Positions 54,739-64,000 of a stretch of 64,000 bases of DNA are shown piece by piece. Numbering within the stretch: position 1 is the first letter of the stretch; each line of letters starts with the position of its first letter. The position numbers were made by a program, and so were the translations under genes. The stretch is from Synechococcales cyanobacterium VAR_4_metabat_354 (GTDB lineage Bacteria > Cyanobacteriota > Cyanobacteriia > Cyanobacteriales > Chamaesiphonaceae). The notes under the pieces were generated by a model that made no database searches, was not told the DNA's origin, and was given only the letters and a program-made list of their open reading frames with translations. Location: the NCBI GenBank assembly GCA_031414775.1, contig JANOQI010000035.1:1-64000 (forward strand), in the 5' to 3' direction.

Positions 54739-56898
54739 CTATTGCTTTACGATCTCACCAAAATCAGCCAGGATTCTAGCATGATTGCGGAGCAATCCCA
54801 ATAAATTCAAGCGATTAGCCTTAATTTCGGGGTTGGGGTCCATCACTAACACGCTATCTTCCCCATCAAAGAAACCAGTCACTGTTGGCGCGATCTGCAC
54901 CAAGGCATCGACCAGCAGTTGATAATTGCGATCGGCTTGAGCCGCCTGAGTAGTTGGCACCAAAGCCGTGACGGCATCGTAAAAGTTTTTCTCTGAGGTT
55001 TTAGCAAACAAATTAGGCTGCACCAGTTCCTGCGGATCTAAAACTTGGGTATTCAAGGTGCCTTGCTTGGAAAGCTTAGCCGATCGATTAACAATCGGAT
55101 AGATAGTAGCCAGTTGGCCGTTGCTTCTAATTTCTTGCAAGAAGATTGCTCGATCGCGCAAATCCAACAAATCACTTAAACCGCGCTGGCTGTACTCAGG
55201 GTCGTTTTCGGCCAAAACAGCATTTACTAAGTCGTAGTCAATAGCATGATCTTCTTGAAGAGCGGTGCGTAGACGTTTCAGGAAAAAGTCGCGCAGTTGC
55301 TCGGTTAACTCGGCACTGTTTAATTTAGCTACGCTGCTATAGGACTGCTGGAAATTGGCCACTAGTTGATCGATCAATTCCCACAAATTTAGTTGCAGAC
55401 CGGTTTGCCAAATAATATTGACGATCGCATTAGCCGCCCGGCGCAGGGCAAAAGGATCGGAGGAACCGGTCGGAATCAGTCCTAAGCCGAATATGCAAAC
55501 CAAAGTATCCAGTCGATCGGCTAAACCCACCACTTGTCCACAGAGAGTTAATGGCAAGCTATCTTCGGCATTGCGGGGCAAATAATGCTCCCGAATACCC
55601 TGGGCAACTTGGAGGTCTTCCTGTTGCGCGACGGCATATTTTTCGCCCATAATCCCTTGCAGCTCCGGGAATTCGCCGACCATCTGGGTGACTAAATCGG
55701 CCTTGCAAAGTTGAGTCGTTCGATCGATCTGTTGTTTTTGGGCAGCAGAGAGGTGGAGAGACTCGGCAATTAAAGCGGCATTAACTGTTAACCTCCCGAC
55801 CTTCTGCGCCATCGAACCTAAATCGGCCTGGAAGGTGACAGTGGCTAGCTTGGCCACATAGTCTGCCAAAGGCTGAGCCAGGTCGGCCTGGTAAAAATAT
55901 TGGCCGTCGGCCAGCCGCGCCCGAATCACCCGCCCATTGCCCGCTGCAATAATGGCAGATTTGGCTGGATCGCCATTGCTGACCGTAATGAAATAGGGCA
56001 GCAGTTTTTGTTTGGAAGCATCAGTAAACAGCGGAAAATAACGCTGGTGGGTCACCATCACCGTGGTAATCACTTCGATTGGTAGTGCCAAAAATTCTGG
56101 TTCAAACTCACCGACCACCGCTGTCGGGAATTCTACTAAGTCGGTCACTTCTTCTAGTAAGTCGGGATACAGTTCGGTCACACCGCCTTTGTGGGTGGCC
56201 GCCGCTAAAATCTGGGTACTGATTTCTTGGAACCGCGCCGCTCGATCGACCTTCACCGCAGCTGCCGCTAAGGTATTTACGTAGGCATCAGGACTGTCGA
56301 TCGACACTGGCTCTGGATGAAGTACCCGGTGAGTGTGGGTCATTCGATCGCTCTTAATTTCTTCTTGGTCATTCACCAAACTAATTGGCATGATCTCCTT
56401 GCCCCACAGTGCCACCAACCAGCGAATTGGCCGGGGAAACTTCAGATCGCCATCCGCCCAGCGCATCATCCGCTTGCCTTCCAAGCCAAAAATCCACTGG
56501 GGAATCTGCTCGGTCAAAATCTCGGTAGTTTGCCGTCCTGGGATCTGTTTGGTAACAAAAACAAAATCTCCTTTATCGGTGGGACGGATTGTCAAGTCGT
56601 TTAATTCTACACCCTGCTTCTTGGCAAACCCCGCCCCGGCTGGCGTTGGCTGGCCATTTTTAAAGGCGGCTCCAGCTGGTGGCCCCTTAATTTCTTCGGT
56701 TCGATCAAGCTGCTGGTCTGGTAGACCCTCAATCAACACCGCTAGCCGCCGAGGCGTACTATAAACCTGTATGCTGCCATATTCCAGATGCTGCTCTTGT
56801 AAACGAGCTGGAATCAGTCGCTGCCATTGTTTGGTAGCATCGCCCACAAATCCAGCGGGTAGGTCTTCGGTACCGACTTCAAGCAGAAAATTAGGCAT
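54739..56898 (-). CDS. glyS: Glycine--tRNA ligase beta subunit
   Basis: [52 protein letters not shown]; start ATG 56898. Confidence 0.96.
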   Translation of the reverse strand: MPNFLLEVGTEDLPAGFVGDATKQWQRLIPARLQEQHLEYGSIQVYSTPRRLAVLIEGLPDQQLDRTEEIKGPPAGAAFKNGQPTPAGAGFAKKQGVELNDLTIRPTDKGDFVFVTKQIPGRQTTEILTEQIPQWIFGLEGKRMMRWADGDLKFPRPIRWLVALWGKEIMPISLVNDQEEIKSDRMTHTHRVLHPEPVSIDSPDAYVNTLAAAAVKVDRAARFQEISTQILAAATHKGGVTELYPDLLEEVTDLVEFPTAVVGEFEPEFLALPIEVITTVMVTHQRYFPLFTDASKQKLLPYFITVSNGDPAKSAIIAAGNGRVIRARLADGQYFYQADLAQPLADYVAKLATVTFQADLGSMAQKVGRLTVNAALIAESLHLSAAQKQQIDRTTQLCKADLVTQMVGEFPELQGIMGEKYAVAQQEDLQVAQGIREHYLPRNAEDSLPLTLCGQVVGLADRLDTLVCIFGLGLIPTGSSDPFALRRAANAIVNIIWQTGLQLNLWELIDQLVANFQQSYSSVAKLNSAELTEQLRDFFLKRLRTALQEDHAIDYDLVNAVLAENDPEYSQRGLSDLLDLRDRAIFLQEIRSNGQLATIYPIVNRSAKLSKQGTLNTQVLDPQELVQPNLFAKTSEKNFYDAVTALVPTTQAAQADRNYQLLVDALVQIAPTVTGFFDGEDSVLVMDPNPEIKANRLNLLGLLRNHARILADFGEIVKQ

Positions 56899-56975
56899 AA
56901 ACAAATTTTTAAAGCAACTAGAAACAAATTCAGGGCAGATTGCCACTAGTTTAGGATATCGCATCCTCAGCGGCG

Positions 56976-57236
56976 CTAGCCCCCACTGACTGGCGGAATC
57001 AATACCAATTCATCGCCAGCTTCTAAAATAGTTTCGGAAGGAACGAACTGGAGATTAACACCCAGTCTAGTCACCGACTGCCAGGCCGCGAGCGCTGGAT
57101 ATTGATTAATTATTTGAGCCAGAACTTGGCCAGCCGTGGTGCCGATCGAGACTTGCTGCTCAATTTGGTCGGTGCCCAGCACTTCTTGAAAAATCGCAAA
57201 AAGTTTAACCCGAATTGAAATGGAGTCAACCGCCAT
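56976..57236 (-). CDS. moaD: Molybdopterin synthase sulfur carrier subunit
   Basis: [19 protein letters not shown]-terminal di-Gly; start ATG 57236. Confidence 0.92.
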   Translation of the reverse strand: MAVDSISIRVKLFAIFQEVLGTDQIEQQVSIGTTAGQVLAQIINQYPALAAWQSVTRLGVNLQFVPSETILEAGDELVLIPPVSGG

Positions 57237-57270
57237 AAGGAAAAGCTTGAAAGTAATATCTAAAATTCTA

Positions 57271-57324
57271 ATAGAAAAAGCTCCCAGCCAAGACCAGGAG
57301 CAACAAATCAGGGTGCATCTACCT
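57271..57324 (-). ncRNA. NsiR1-like small RNA, copy 1
   Basis: Minus strand AGGTAGATGCACC...GCTCCTGGT-CTTG-GCTGGGAGC-TTTTT; 5' core matches the GGTAGATGCACC motif I recall for NsiR1. Confidence 0.7.
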
Positions 57325-57397
57325 CTGATATATCCGTTCACAATGACTAGCAATCAGGATGATTTTAAATAGTTGTTTATGTTGTTGATGACAAACA

Positions 57398-57449
57398 ATA
57401 AAAATCTCCTAGCCGAGGCCAGGAGTGAGTAATAAAGGTGCATCTACCT
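57398..57449 (-). ncRNA. NsiR1-like small RNA, copy 2
   Basis: Minus strand AGGTAGATGCACC...CTCCTGGC-CTCG-GCTAGGAG-ATTTTT; 125 bp from copy 1. Confidence 0.7.
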
Positions 57450-57599
57450 GTGCTGTATACATAGCGATCTCCATCCCTTCAGGAAGTTTTGATGACTGAT
57501 CTGAATATTTGTTGGGTTATATTTATCTATGAGAGCATTCTGGCTGAAAAATTTCGGTTAGACTTAAACATTGCCAGTGGTTTTGGGAGCAAATTAGAG

Positions 57600-59615
57600 A
57601 TGGAATTAGGGCTAGCTGATACTAAATACCAAGAAGAAGTAATTACCATGACGGAGCAGCTAGTCAGTGGATCGGGAAAAAAGAAGAAAAAGCACAAAGA
57701 AGGCAAAGGCGGATCTTGGTCGATCGAAGATAGCGAGAAGCAATATCGGATCAATGGCTGGGGTGAACCATACTTTTCAATTAATGCTGCTGGTCACGTT
57801 ACTGTTTCCCCCCGCGGTGATCGTGGCGGCTCCCTAGATTTATTCGATTTAGTGAACTCTCTCAAAGATCGAAATTTGGCCTTGCCCCTGTTGATCCGCT
57901 TCTCCGACATTTTAGAAGACCGGCTGGAACGACTCAACGCCTCTTTTGCCAAAGCGATTGCCCGTTACAACTACGGTGGCAGTTATCGGGGGGTATTTCC
58001 GATTAAGTGCAACCAGCAACGCCATTTGGTCGAAGACTTAGTAAAGTTTGGTAAGCCCTATCAATTTGGTCTAGAGGCTGGCTCCAAGCCAGAGCTAATG
58101 ATTGCCCTGGCCACTTTAGATACGCCTGGTTCTCTCATTATCTGTAATGGCTATAAGGATCGGGAATATGTGGAAACAGCGATGCTGGCTCAGAAACTTG
58201 GCCAAACACCGATTATTGTGTTGGAGCAAATCGAAGAAGTAGAACTGGCGATCGAAGCAGCTAAATCCTTAGGTATTGAACCAAATTTGGGTGTGCGTGC
58301 CAAGCTCAACAGCCGAGGGATGGGACGCTGGGGAACTTCCAGCGGCGATCGAGCCAAGTTTGGCCTGACTATTCCCGAAATCATCATGGTGGTCGATCGG
58401 CTAAAGGATGCCAAGATGTTGAACTGCTTGCAGCTGCTTCATTTTCATATTGGCTCGCAAATTTCTTCGATTTCGGTAATCAAAGAAGCCATTGCCGAAG
58501 CCAGTAGAATTTATGTGGAGCTGGCCGAACTGGGTGCCAACATGAAGTATTTAGATGTCGGCGGCGGCTTGGGAGTAGATTATGACGGTTCTCAGACCAA
58601 CTTTCATGCTTCTAAAAATTACAATATTCAAAATTATGCCAACGACATTGTGGCGGAAGTGAAAGATGCTTGCAGCGAACGCAAGATCCCCGCTCCAATT
58701 TTGGTGAGTGAAAGCGGTCGGGCGGTTGCTTCCCACCAATCGGTATTAATTTTTGATGTACTGGGCAGCAGTGAAGTCCGCACCGATCTACCCAACGCTC
58801 CCACCGATAAGGAGCATCAGGTGATCCGGAACCTCTGGGACACCTACCAAACCATCACCACAGAGAATTTCCAAGAGGCTTATCACGATATCACTCAGTT
58901 TAAAGAAGAGGCCCTGAATCGCTTTAACTTAGGCTACTTGAGTATTACCGAACGGGCGCGAGCTGAGCAGTTTTACTGGGCCAGCTGTAAGAAAATCATG
59001 GACATTATCAATGATCTAGATTATGTACCAGACGATTTGGAAGATCTGGAGCAGATGATGGCTTCGATTTACTACGTGAATATGTCAGTTTTTCAGTCGG
59101 CACCAGACAGTTGGGCGATCGATCAATTATTTCCGATCATGCCGATTCATCGTCTGGATGAGGAGCCGGTGAAGCGGGGGATTTTGGCGGATCTGACTTG
59201 TGATAGTGATGGCAAAATCGACCAATTTATTGATTTGCGGGATGTGAAACCAGTACTGGAACTGCATCACTTGAAGAAGAATAAGCCCTATTATTTGGCG
59301 TTGTTTTTGGGTGGCGCTTATCAAGAAATTATGGGGAATCTGCACAATTTATTTGGTGATACCAATGCGGTACATATCAAGCTGACCCCGAAGGGCTATC
59401 AAATCGAGCATGTGGTGAAGGGCGACACCATGAAGGAAGTAGTGGGATATGTACAGTATGATGCCGAGGATTTGGTAGAGAATATTCGGAAGAAGTCGGA
59501 GCAGGCGTTGCTGGAGAAAAAGATTACCCTCCAGGAATCGCAGCACTTGTTACAGAATTATGAGAGTAGTCTGGGGCGCTATACCTATCTATCACCTAAA
59601 GATTCCAAGGATTGA
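57600..59615 (+). CDS. speA: Biosynthetic arginine decarboxylase
   Basis: WGEPYF, FPIKCNQ PLP lysine, GLEAGSKPEL, HFHIGSQI, DVGGGLG, DLTCDSDG, GAYQEIMGNLHNLFG; start 57600 or 57648. Confidence 0.96.
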   Translation: MELGLADTKYQEEVITMTEQLVSGSGKKKKKHKEGKGGSWSIEDSEKQYRINGWGEPYFSINAAGHVTVSPRGDRGGSLDLFDLVNSLKDRNLALPLLIRFSDILEDRLERLNASFAKAIARYNYGGSYRGVFPIKCNQQRHLVEDLVKFGKPYQFGLEAGSKPELMIALATLDTPGSLIICNGYKDREYVETAMLAQKLGQTPIIVLEQIEEVELAIEAAKSLGIEPNLGVRAKLNSRGMGRWGTSSGDRAKFGLTIPEIIMVVDRLKDAKMLNCLQLLHFHIGSQISSISVIKEAIAEASRIYVELAELGANMKYLDVGGGLGVDYDGSQTNFHASKNYNIQNYANDIVAEVKDACSERKIPAPILVSESGRAVASHQSVLIFDVLGSSEVRTDLPNAPTDKEHQVIRNLWDTYQTITTENFQEAYHDITQFKEEALNRFNLGYLSITERARAEQFYWASCKKIMDIINDLDYVPDDLEDLEQMMASIYYVNMSVFQSAPDSWAIDQLFPIMPIHRLDEEPVKRGILADLTCDSDGKIDQFIDLRDVKPVLELHHLKKNKPYYLALFLGGAYQEIMGNLHNLFGDTNAVHIKLTPKGYQIEHVVKGDTMKEVVGYVQYDAEDLVENIRKKSEQALLEKKITLQESQHLLQNYESSLGRYTYLSPKDSKD

Positions 59616-59682
59616 TCAACCATTTCCGGACTTGTGTGATGAGGTGGTTTGGGAGATCGATCGCCAGCTGTAATACAATCAA

Positions 59683-59703
59683 TAAAAGACCGATCGGTTT
59701 TTA
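59683..59703. promoter_or_regulatory. Putative TetR operator upstream of the TetR gene
   Basis: Near-palindrome TAAAAGACCGATCGGTTTTTA just upstream of ATG 59715. Confidence 0.7.
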
Positions 59704-59714
59704 GATGGCTAGTT

Positions 59715-60305
59715 ATGTCCAAAGCCCAAATCACCCGCGCTCATATCATTCACCAAGCAGCCGCACTGTTCAATCAGCGTGGCTATGCGGGGGCATCGAT
59801 CGCGGATATTATGGCGGCTACCGGCTTGAAAAAAGGAGGAATTTACAACCACTTTCAAAGCAAAGACGAACTAGCGATCGAATCTTTTAATTATGCTGTC
59901 CAGCTCATGCAAAAACGGTATGCGGTGGCTCTGCGTGGTCAACGCTCGGCAAAAGTCCGGTTGCAAGCGATGATCAACACTTTTTGTGAGACCGCTGCCA
60001 ATCCCCCGATTGCTGGGGGCTGTCCAATTTTGAACACAGCGATCGAAAGCGATCATGCTCACCCTGCGTTGCGGCATTGTGCCCAGCAAGCTATGGATCA
60101 ATGGCAACAGCTGTTAACCAAAATTCTGCGCTGGGGGATCGAACATGGCGAAGTGCAGCGATCGATCGATCCGGCCACTAGTGCCAGTATGATCATTGCG
60201 ATCATGGAAGGTGCCATGATGATGTCGCAGCTTTATGGCGATCGCGTTTATCTAGAACGGGCGCGGCAGCATCTGCTCGATTATGTCAACACGTTATTGC
60301 TTTGA
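59715..60305 (+). CDS. TetR/AcrR family transcriptional regulator (NemR/LmrA-like)
   Basis: HTH GYAGASIADIMAATGLKKGGIYNHFQSKDEL; GGCPILN motif. Confidence 0.92.
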   Translation: MSKAQITRAHIIHQAAALFNQRGYAGASIADIMAATGLKKGGIYNHFQSKDELAIESFNYAVQLMQKRYAVALRGQRSAKVRLQAMINTFCETAANPPIAGGCPILNTAIESDHAHPALRHCAQQAMDQWQQLLTKILRWGIEHGEVQRSIDPATSASMIIAIMEGAMMMSQLYGDRVYLERARQHLLDYVNTLLL

Positions 60306-60341
60306 TGGCCGGATACTGGCCAAATTTTTTTAATCTCAAAC

Positions 60342-60355
60342 AGACCGATCGGTCT
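60342..60355. promoter_or_regulatory. Putative TetR operator upstream of GST gene
   Basis: Perfect palindrome AGACCGATCGGTCT, same core as the site at 59687-59700. Confidence 0.7.
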
Positions 60356-60390
60356 TAAACAATTTAGTTGCTAACTACTTGGAGTACACC

Positions 60391-61068
60391 ATGCTGAAAT
60401 TTTATTACCATCCCCTATCTCCGATCGCCCGGCGGGTGTGGCTGATGCTCTTAGAAAAACAGATTCCCCACCAACCTATTTTGGTCGATTTGGCTGCTCG
60501 TCAGCAGCTAGAGCCGGAGTTTTTGGCGCTCAGTCCTTTTCATCATGTACCCGTTATTGTCGATGGTGACTTGCGAGTAATTGAGTCGATCGCCATTATG
60601 GATTATTTGGAACTGCGCTACCCCTCGCCAACATTGATGCCCACGGATATCGCAGCCATTACCAAAATGCGGATGGTGCAAATGATCACAGTAAATGAAT
60701 TAATGCCCAACTTCATACCAATCATCAACGCTGCTCACCAACCGATATCTGATACTGTGCATCAACGGTTAGCTACTGCTTGGCAATTTTTGGATGATGA
60801 ATTACAAGACCGAAAATATTTTGGTAGCTGGGGCGTAGGTGCTCAGCAGGAATATCAATTAAACCTAGGTGATATCGTGGCTGGTGCCGTCGTCCCCCTC
60901 TTTCATCGTTTGGACGTATCGTTAGCAGACTATCCCCGCCTAGATGCTTGGCGACAACGCATCGTCGAACGGCCAGCTTGGCAACAAACCAGGCCAGATG
61001 AAGACAGCTTCCAGCGCTGGCAACGGTGGATTCAGCTCCAAATTAAACGCCAGACTAAATCCAAATAA
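60391..61068 (+). CDS. Glutathione S-transferase family protein
   Basis: SPIARRVW, SPFHHVPVIVDG, IESIAI, GDIVAG. Confidence 0.9.
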   Translation: MLKFYYHPLSPIARRVWLMLLEKQIPHQPILVDLAARQQLEPEFLALSPFHHVPVIVDGDLRVIESIAIMDYLELRYPSPTLMPTDIAAITKMRMVQMITVNELMPNFIPIINAAHQPISDTVHQRLATAWQFLDDELQDRKYFGSWGVGAQQEYQLNLGDIVAGAVVPLFHRLDVSLADYPRLDAWRQRIVERPAWQQTRPDEDSFQRWQRWIQLQIKRQTKSK

Positions 61069-61494
61069 CTAGCTGACAAACCGCGCCTGTAATTCGGGCG
61101 TGGGCACCATACAAGTTTCCCGCCGTCCAAATAACCGAAACCGTTGGCGGGCAAACTCGGTGTAAGCCCAGTCGCGTAAAGGCTGGGGCAGCGCCTGAAA
61201 AGCTGCTAAAAATTGCCAACCGCCTTCTAGTCTGGATAATACGGCTAACGCGGCATCACTTTTGGTTAAAGCTCGGGGGCCATCAATCAACATCAGAGTT
61301 TGAATATCGGTGGGATCTAAACCATGCTGACGATAGAGTTGCTGGCCTAATTCGGACTGAATCGCCGCGAACTTGAAAATTTGCTGGCGATCGATCGCCA
61401 CCACTATCTGCACAGCTGTATTACAGAAATTGCATACTCCATCAAACAAAATTAAATTTTGATACATATATAAAGGTGTCGATTGTTTGTTCAT
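61069..61494 (-). CDS. DCC family thiol-disulfide oxidoreductase (YuxK-like)
   Basis: LFDGVCNFC DxxCxxC motif, KSDAAL, RDWAY, RFRLFG; ATG 61494 overlaps rnc stop (alternative 61467). Confidence 0.88.
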   Translation of the reverse strand: MNKQSTPLYMYQNLILFDGVCNFCNTAVQIVVAIDRQQIFKFAAIQSELGQQLYRQHGLDPTDIQTLMLIDGPRALTKSDAALAVLSRLEGGWQFLAAFQALPQPLRDWAYTEFARQRFRLFGRRETCMVPTPELQARFVS

Positions 61495-62207
61495 CAAACT
61501 TGCGCTGATTTGCCGGCACCACTCAATTCCCAAAAAGCGACCTTGGCAGCTGTCTGCTGGGCGGCTTTTTTCGATTGACCAGTGCCACTGCCCCATAGTT
61601 TATCCTTTACCCACACTTCCGCCGTAAACCGATATTCTGGTGCCGTTTTGACTGGTGATTCTTGCACTCGATATTCTGGCAATGTTTTATAGCGAGCTTG
61701 AGTTAGTTCTTGCAAGGCATCTTTGTAATTAAGCCGTGCCGGATCTTGTAAAATCTCGGTGCTCAGTTGCTGAAAATGTTCATCCAACCAGGGTCTAACT
61801 AGGGTCAGGTCTTTGGTCGTCAGGTAAAGTGCTCCCAACACCGACTCAAAAGCATCGGCCATCCGGGATACTTTCCCAGAAACATCACCAGCGGCGCTAG
61901 GTGCTAAGAGAAGATATCGATCGAATCCATAGCTTCCGGCTAATTTGGCCAAAACTTGGTCGCTAACCAAAACTTTTCGGACAGCCGAAAAATCACCCAC
62001 CGTACCATTGGGATAGTTTTCCCACAAAAACTCCGAAGCAGCTAACCGCACTACCGAATCGCCAATAAACTCCAACTGCTCATAATTTGGCAGACCCATA
62101 GTGGGATGAGTCAAAGCAATATCAAGTAGCTCCCAATTAACAATGGTAGTCTCCGGTAGACCCAGGCGACTAATCAAATTTTGTAATTGTTTCTGACGAT
62201 TAGCCAC
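61494..62207 (-). CDS. rnc: Ribonuclease III
   Basis: ALTHP, NYEQLEFIGDSV, ADAFESVLGALYL, NYKDALQE dsRBD, SKKAAQQ. Confidence 0.93.
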   Translation of the reverse strand: MANRQKQLQNLISRLGLPETTIVNWELLDIALTHPTMGLPNYEQLEFIGDSVVRLAASEFLWENYPNGTVGDFSAVRKVLVSDQVLAKLAGSYGFDRYLLLAPSAAGDVSGKVSRMADAFESVLGALYLTTKDLTLVRPWLDEHFQQLSTEILQDPARLNYKDALQELTQARYKTLPEYRVQESPVKTAPEYRFTAEVWVKDKLWGSGTGQSKKAAQQTAAKVAFWELSGAGKSAQV

Positions 62208-62244
62208 TGAATGATACGGAATCTTAGGTAAATTGAATTTATAA

Positions 62245-62609
62245 AGAGAGAGCTAGAACATAAGCCGGGTTCTGTTATTTTGATTGTTGCCAACCAAAAC
62301 GGCGGTTATCTATCTGGGATAGCTATTGCTAGCCACCTCAAGCGGGTTCTTTACGGGACAGGGAAAAAACCAACCTTTGCCCCTTCCTTGCTTCCAACCG
62401 GGGTTTACCGAGCCAACACCTCTCGATGTTGCTGGTGCGCTCTTACCGCACCTTTGCACCCTTACCTTTACAGGCGGTATTTTTCTGTGGCACTATCCTC
62501 ACGATCGCTCGCACTGGGCGTTACCCAGCAAGTTTGGTCTTTCGGAAGCCCGGACTTTCCTCAGCGCTGACTTTCATCAGTCTGCAACCACCTCGCCAAC
62601 TCTCTCTCT
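62245..62609 (-). ncRNA. rnpB: RNase P RNA, bacterial type A
   Basis: Minus strand GAGGAAAGTCCGGGC, AGTGCCACAGAAA, GGTAAACCCC, ACAGAACCCGGCTTA; P1 GAGAGAG/CTCTCTC; ends approximate. Confidence 0.97.
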
Positions 62610-62801
62610 AGATTGATTCTAGAGGAATTTGTTGATAAGTCAATTACCCGCTATCAAGCGGAGTCCCGCCATGATGGCGACTGCTATATTTGGCATGGTT
62701 CAAAAAGAACCATTTTTGGGTAACACTGCCACAACAGAACCGCAGTGACCTTCCTCCGATGTCATTTGATTGGATTATGCCCAATTTCTGATTTTTCGTT
62801 G

Positions 62802-63773
62802 CTAGTAAGCCCGCTTTAACACATAATCAGCCATCGCCACTAAAGCATCCCGTGATGCTGATGGTGGTAAGTCAGCGAGTTGTTCAATGGCTTGCTGGGT
62901 ATGAAAAGTAGCCAATTCCCAAGATTTATTGATGCCTTGGCTATCGAGCACTAAGTATAAAGCTTTTTCCAAATCGCCCGCATTAGTAAATTCATTGGCA
63001 ATCAAATCAGCTAGGGCAGGATGCTCCTGCATGGCATAAAGAGTGGGCGCAGTTAGATTACCACCGGCCAAGTCCGAACCGGCTGGTTTTCCCAGGGTTT
63101 CTGCCGAACTGGTGAAGTCTAAAATATCATCCACAATCTGAAAAGCTAGCCCCAAATGCCGACCATAGAGATAAATCTTTTCACAGGCGGCCTCAGAAAG
63201 GTCGCTAAGAATAGCGGAAGCCTTAGCACTATTAGCTAGCAAGGATGCTGTCTTAAAATAGCTCTTTTCTAGATAGGTATCGATCGACAGTTCTGGGTCG
63301 AAGCTATTCAAGCTCTGCTGAATTTCACCCTCAGCTAAATCCATAATGACTTGAGAGAGTAGTTTGACCACCACTAGGTTATCGAGGTTAGCCAGATACC
63401 ATGAAGACTGGGCAAACAAGAAATCACCGGCCAAAACTGCTACCCGGTTACCAAATTGGTCGTGAACAGTGGGCAAACCGCGTCTGGTATCAGCAGTGTC
63501 TAGGACATCATCGTGCACCAAGCTGGCTGTGTGGATCATCTCCGTGATCTCTGCCAATCGTCGATGACGGGGAGTAATATCTTCACCAGGCATCGTTGCC
63601 CGCCCAATCAGTAGCACAATTGCCGGTCGCACGCGCTTGCCACCCGCCGAAAATAAATGTTCCGCAGCTGCGTACAGAATAGGGTGGCGGGCACCCACTA
63701 AAGATTTAAGATTTTCCGTCAAAACTTTCAAGTCAGCTTCAACAGGAGCGAAAAGAGAAGTCACCGAAGTCAT
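62802..63773 (-). CDS. sds: Solanesyl diphosphate synthase
   Basis: GGKRVRP, HTASLVHDDVLD, RRG, AVLAGDFL, KTASL, FQIVDDILD, GKPAGSDL. Confidence 0.93.
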   Translation of the reverse strand: MTSVTSLFAPVEADLKVLTENLKSLVGARHPILYAAAEHLFSAGGKRVRPAIVLLIGRATMPGEDITPRHRRLAEITEMIHTASLVHDDVLDTADTRRGLPTVHDQFGNRVAVLAGDFLFAQSSWYLANLDNLVVVKLLSQVIMDLAEGEIQQSLNSFDPELSIDTYLEKSYFKTASLLANSAKASAILSDLSEAACEKIYLYGRHLGLAFQIVDDILDFTSSAETLGKPAGSDLAGGNLTAPTLYAMQEHPALADLIANEFTNAGDLEKALYLVLDSQGINKSWELATFHTQQAIEQLADLPPSASRDALVAMADYVLKRAY

Positions 63774-63868
63774 GAGTCACAGGCTGGCTTAGACAAGCAT
63801 TTCACGAAAGTTTACAATCATTCTAAGCTATTTTCCTGATTGACGGTGATGGTAAGAGATTTCCGAAT

Positions 63869-64000
63869 CTAAAATGCAGTGAAGGATTGCAAAGATGCTA
63901 CTGAAATATTTCCGACTGGCGGCTGATGGTTTAACCAGTTCACGGAAAGCTTGGCAAAACTCTCGGCACAGCCACTCACATAAAAACTAGTCTCACCCAT
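63869..64000 (-). CDS. murI: Probable glutamate racemase, C-terminal end (partial)
   Basis: Manual translation ...TSFYVSGCAESFAKLSVNWLNHQPPV...TAF* resembles the cyanobacterial MurI C-terminus; murI-sds synteny. Confidence 0.65.
   Translation of the reverse strand: MGETSFYVSGCAESFAKLSVNWLNHQPPVGNISVASLQSFTAF

Noticed and set aside
57271..57458. Direct repeats as a possible CRISPR array
   Set aside because: Only two imperfect copies with a 125-bp period, each with its own terminator, and no cas genes in the window; fits sRNA genes
57237..57599. ORF-track N-terminal extensions of moaD (from 57353) and speA (from 57489)
   Set aside because: Extensions run through the sRNA/promoter region and show no family similarity; downstream ATGs give normal lengths
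62280..62616. Three overlapping plus-strand ORFs (61-96 aa)
   Set aside because: They lie antisense to rnpB and are shadow ORFs of the structured RNA gene

Overview
Chromosomal window from a cyanobacterium (PAM68, Ccs1/CcdA, Ycf46/Ycf35, ClpR/ClpP3, cyanobacterial RNase P RNA, NtcA box, dense CGATCG/HIP1-type sites with many TCGATCGA/GATCGATC variants). It is mostly core housekeeping genes: argJ, galE, ftsW, the str operon rpsL-rpsG-fusA-tuf-rpsJ, rpsP, rlmN, lgt, cobM, ribBA, argC, moaE, gshB, glnB, aroB, map, rpsO, rsmH, murD, glyS, moaD, speA, rnc, rnpB, sds and a partial murI. The left edge holds the start of an IS982-like element, and there is a small compositionally atypical islet at about 37.1-40.0 kb. 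The most interesting signals are missing from the ORF track. (1) A short ORF ending in ...NWWRFSSY* with candidate RNA pairings, plus an in-frame YYYY tract, sits upstream of a class I-alpha DAHP synthase; this is a candidate aromatic-amino-acid ribosome-sensing attenuator. (2) Two tandem ~60-nt NsiR1-like sRNA genes (125-bp period, covarying terminator stems, identically placed TCCTGA DIF1-like -35 boxes) lie between moaD and speA. (3) A three-gene clp cluster has two catalytically dead subunits. (4) Operator palindromes occur at the slr0373-like/ycf46/ycf35 operon and at the TetR-GST pair. (5) Several proteins have degenerate motifs (KH protein without GxxG, ABC-type ATPase without catalytic Glu/His, ProA paralogue without catalytic Cys). 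All family assignments come from motif recognition by eye; no database searches were run.
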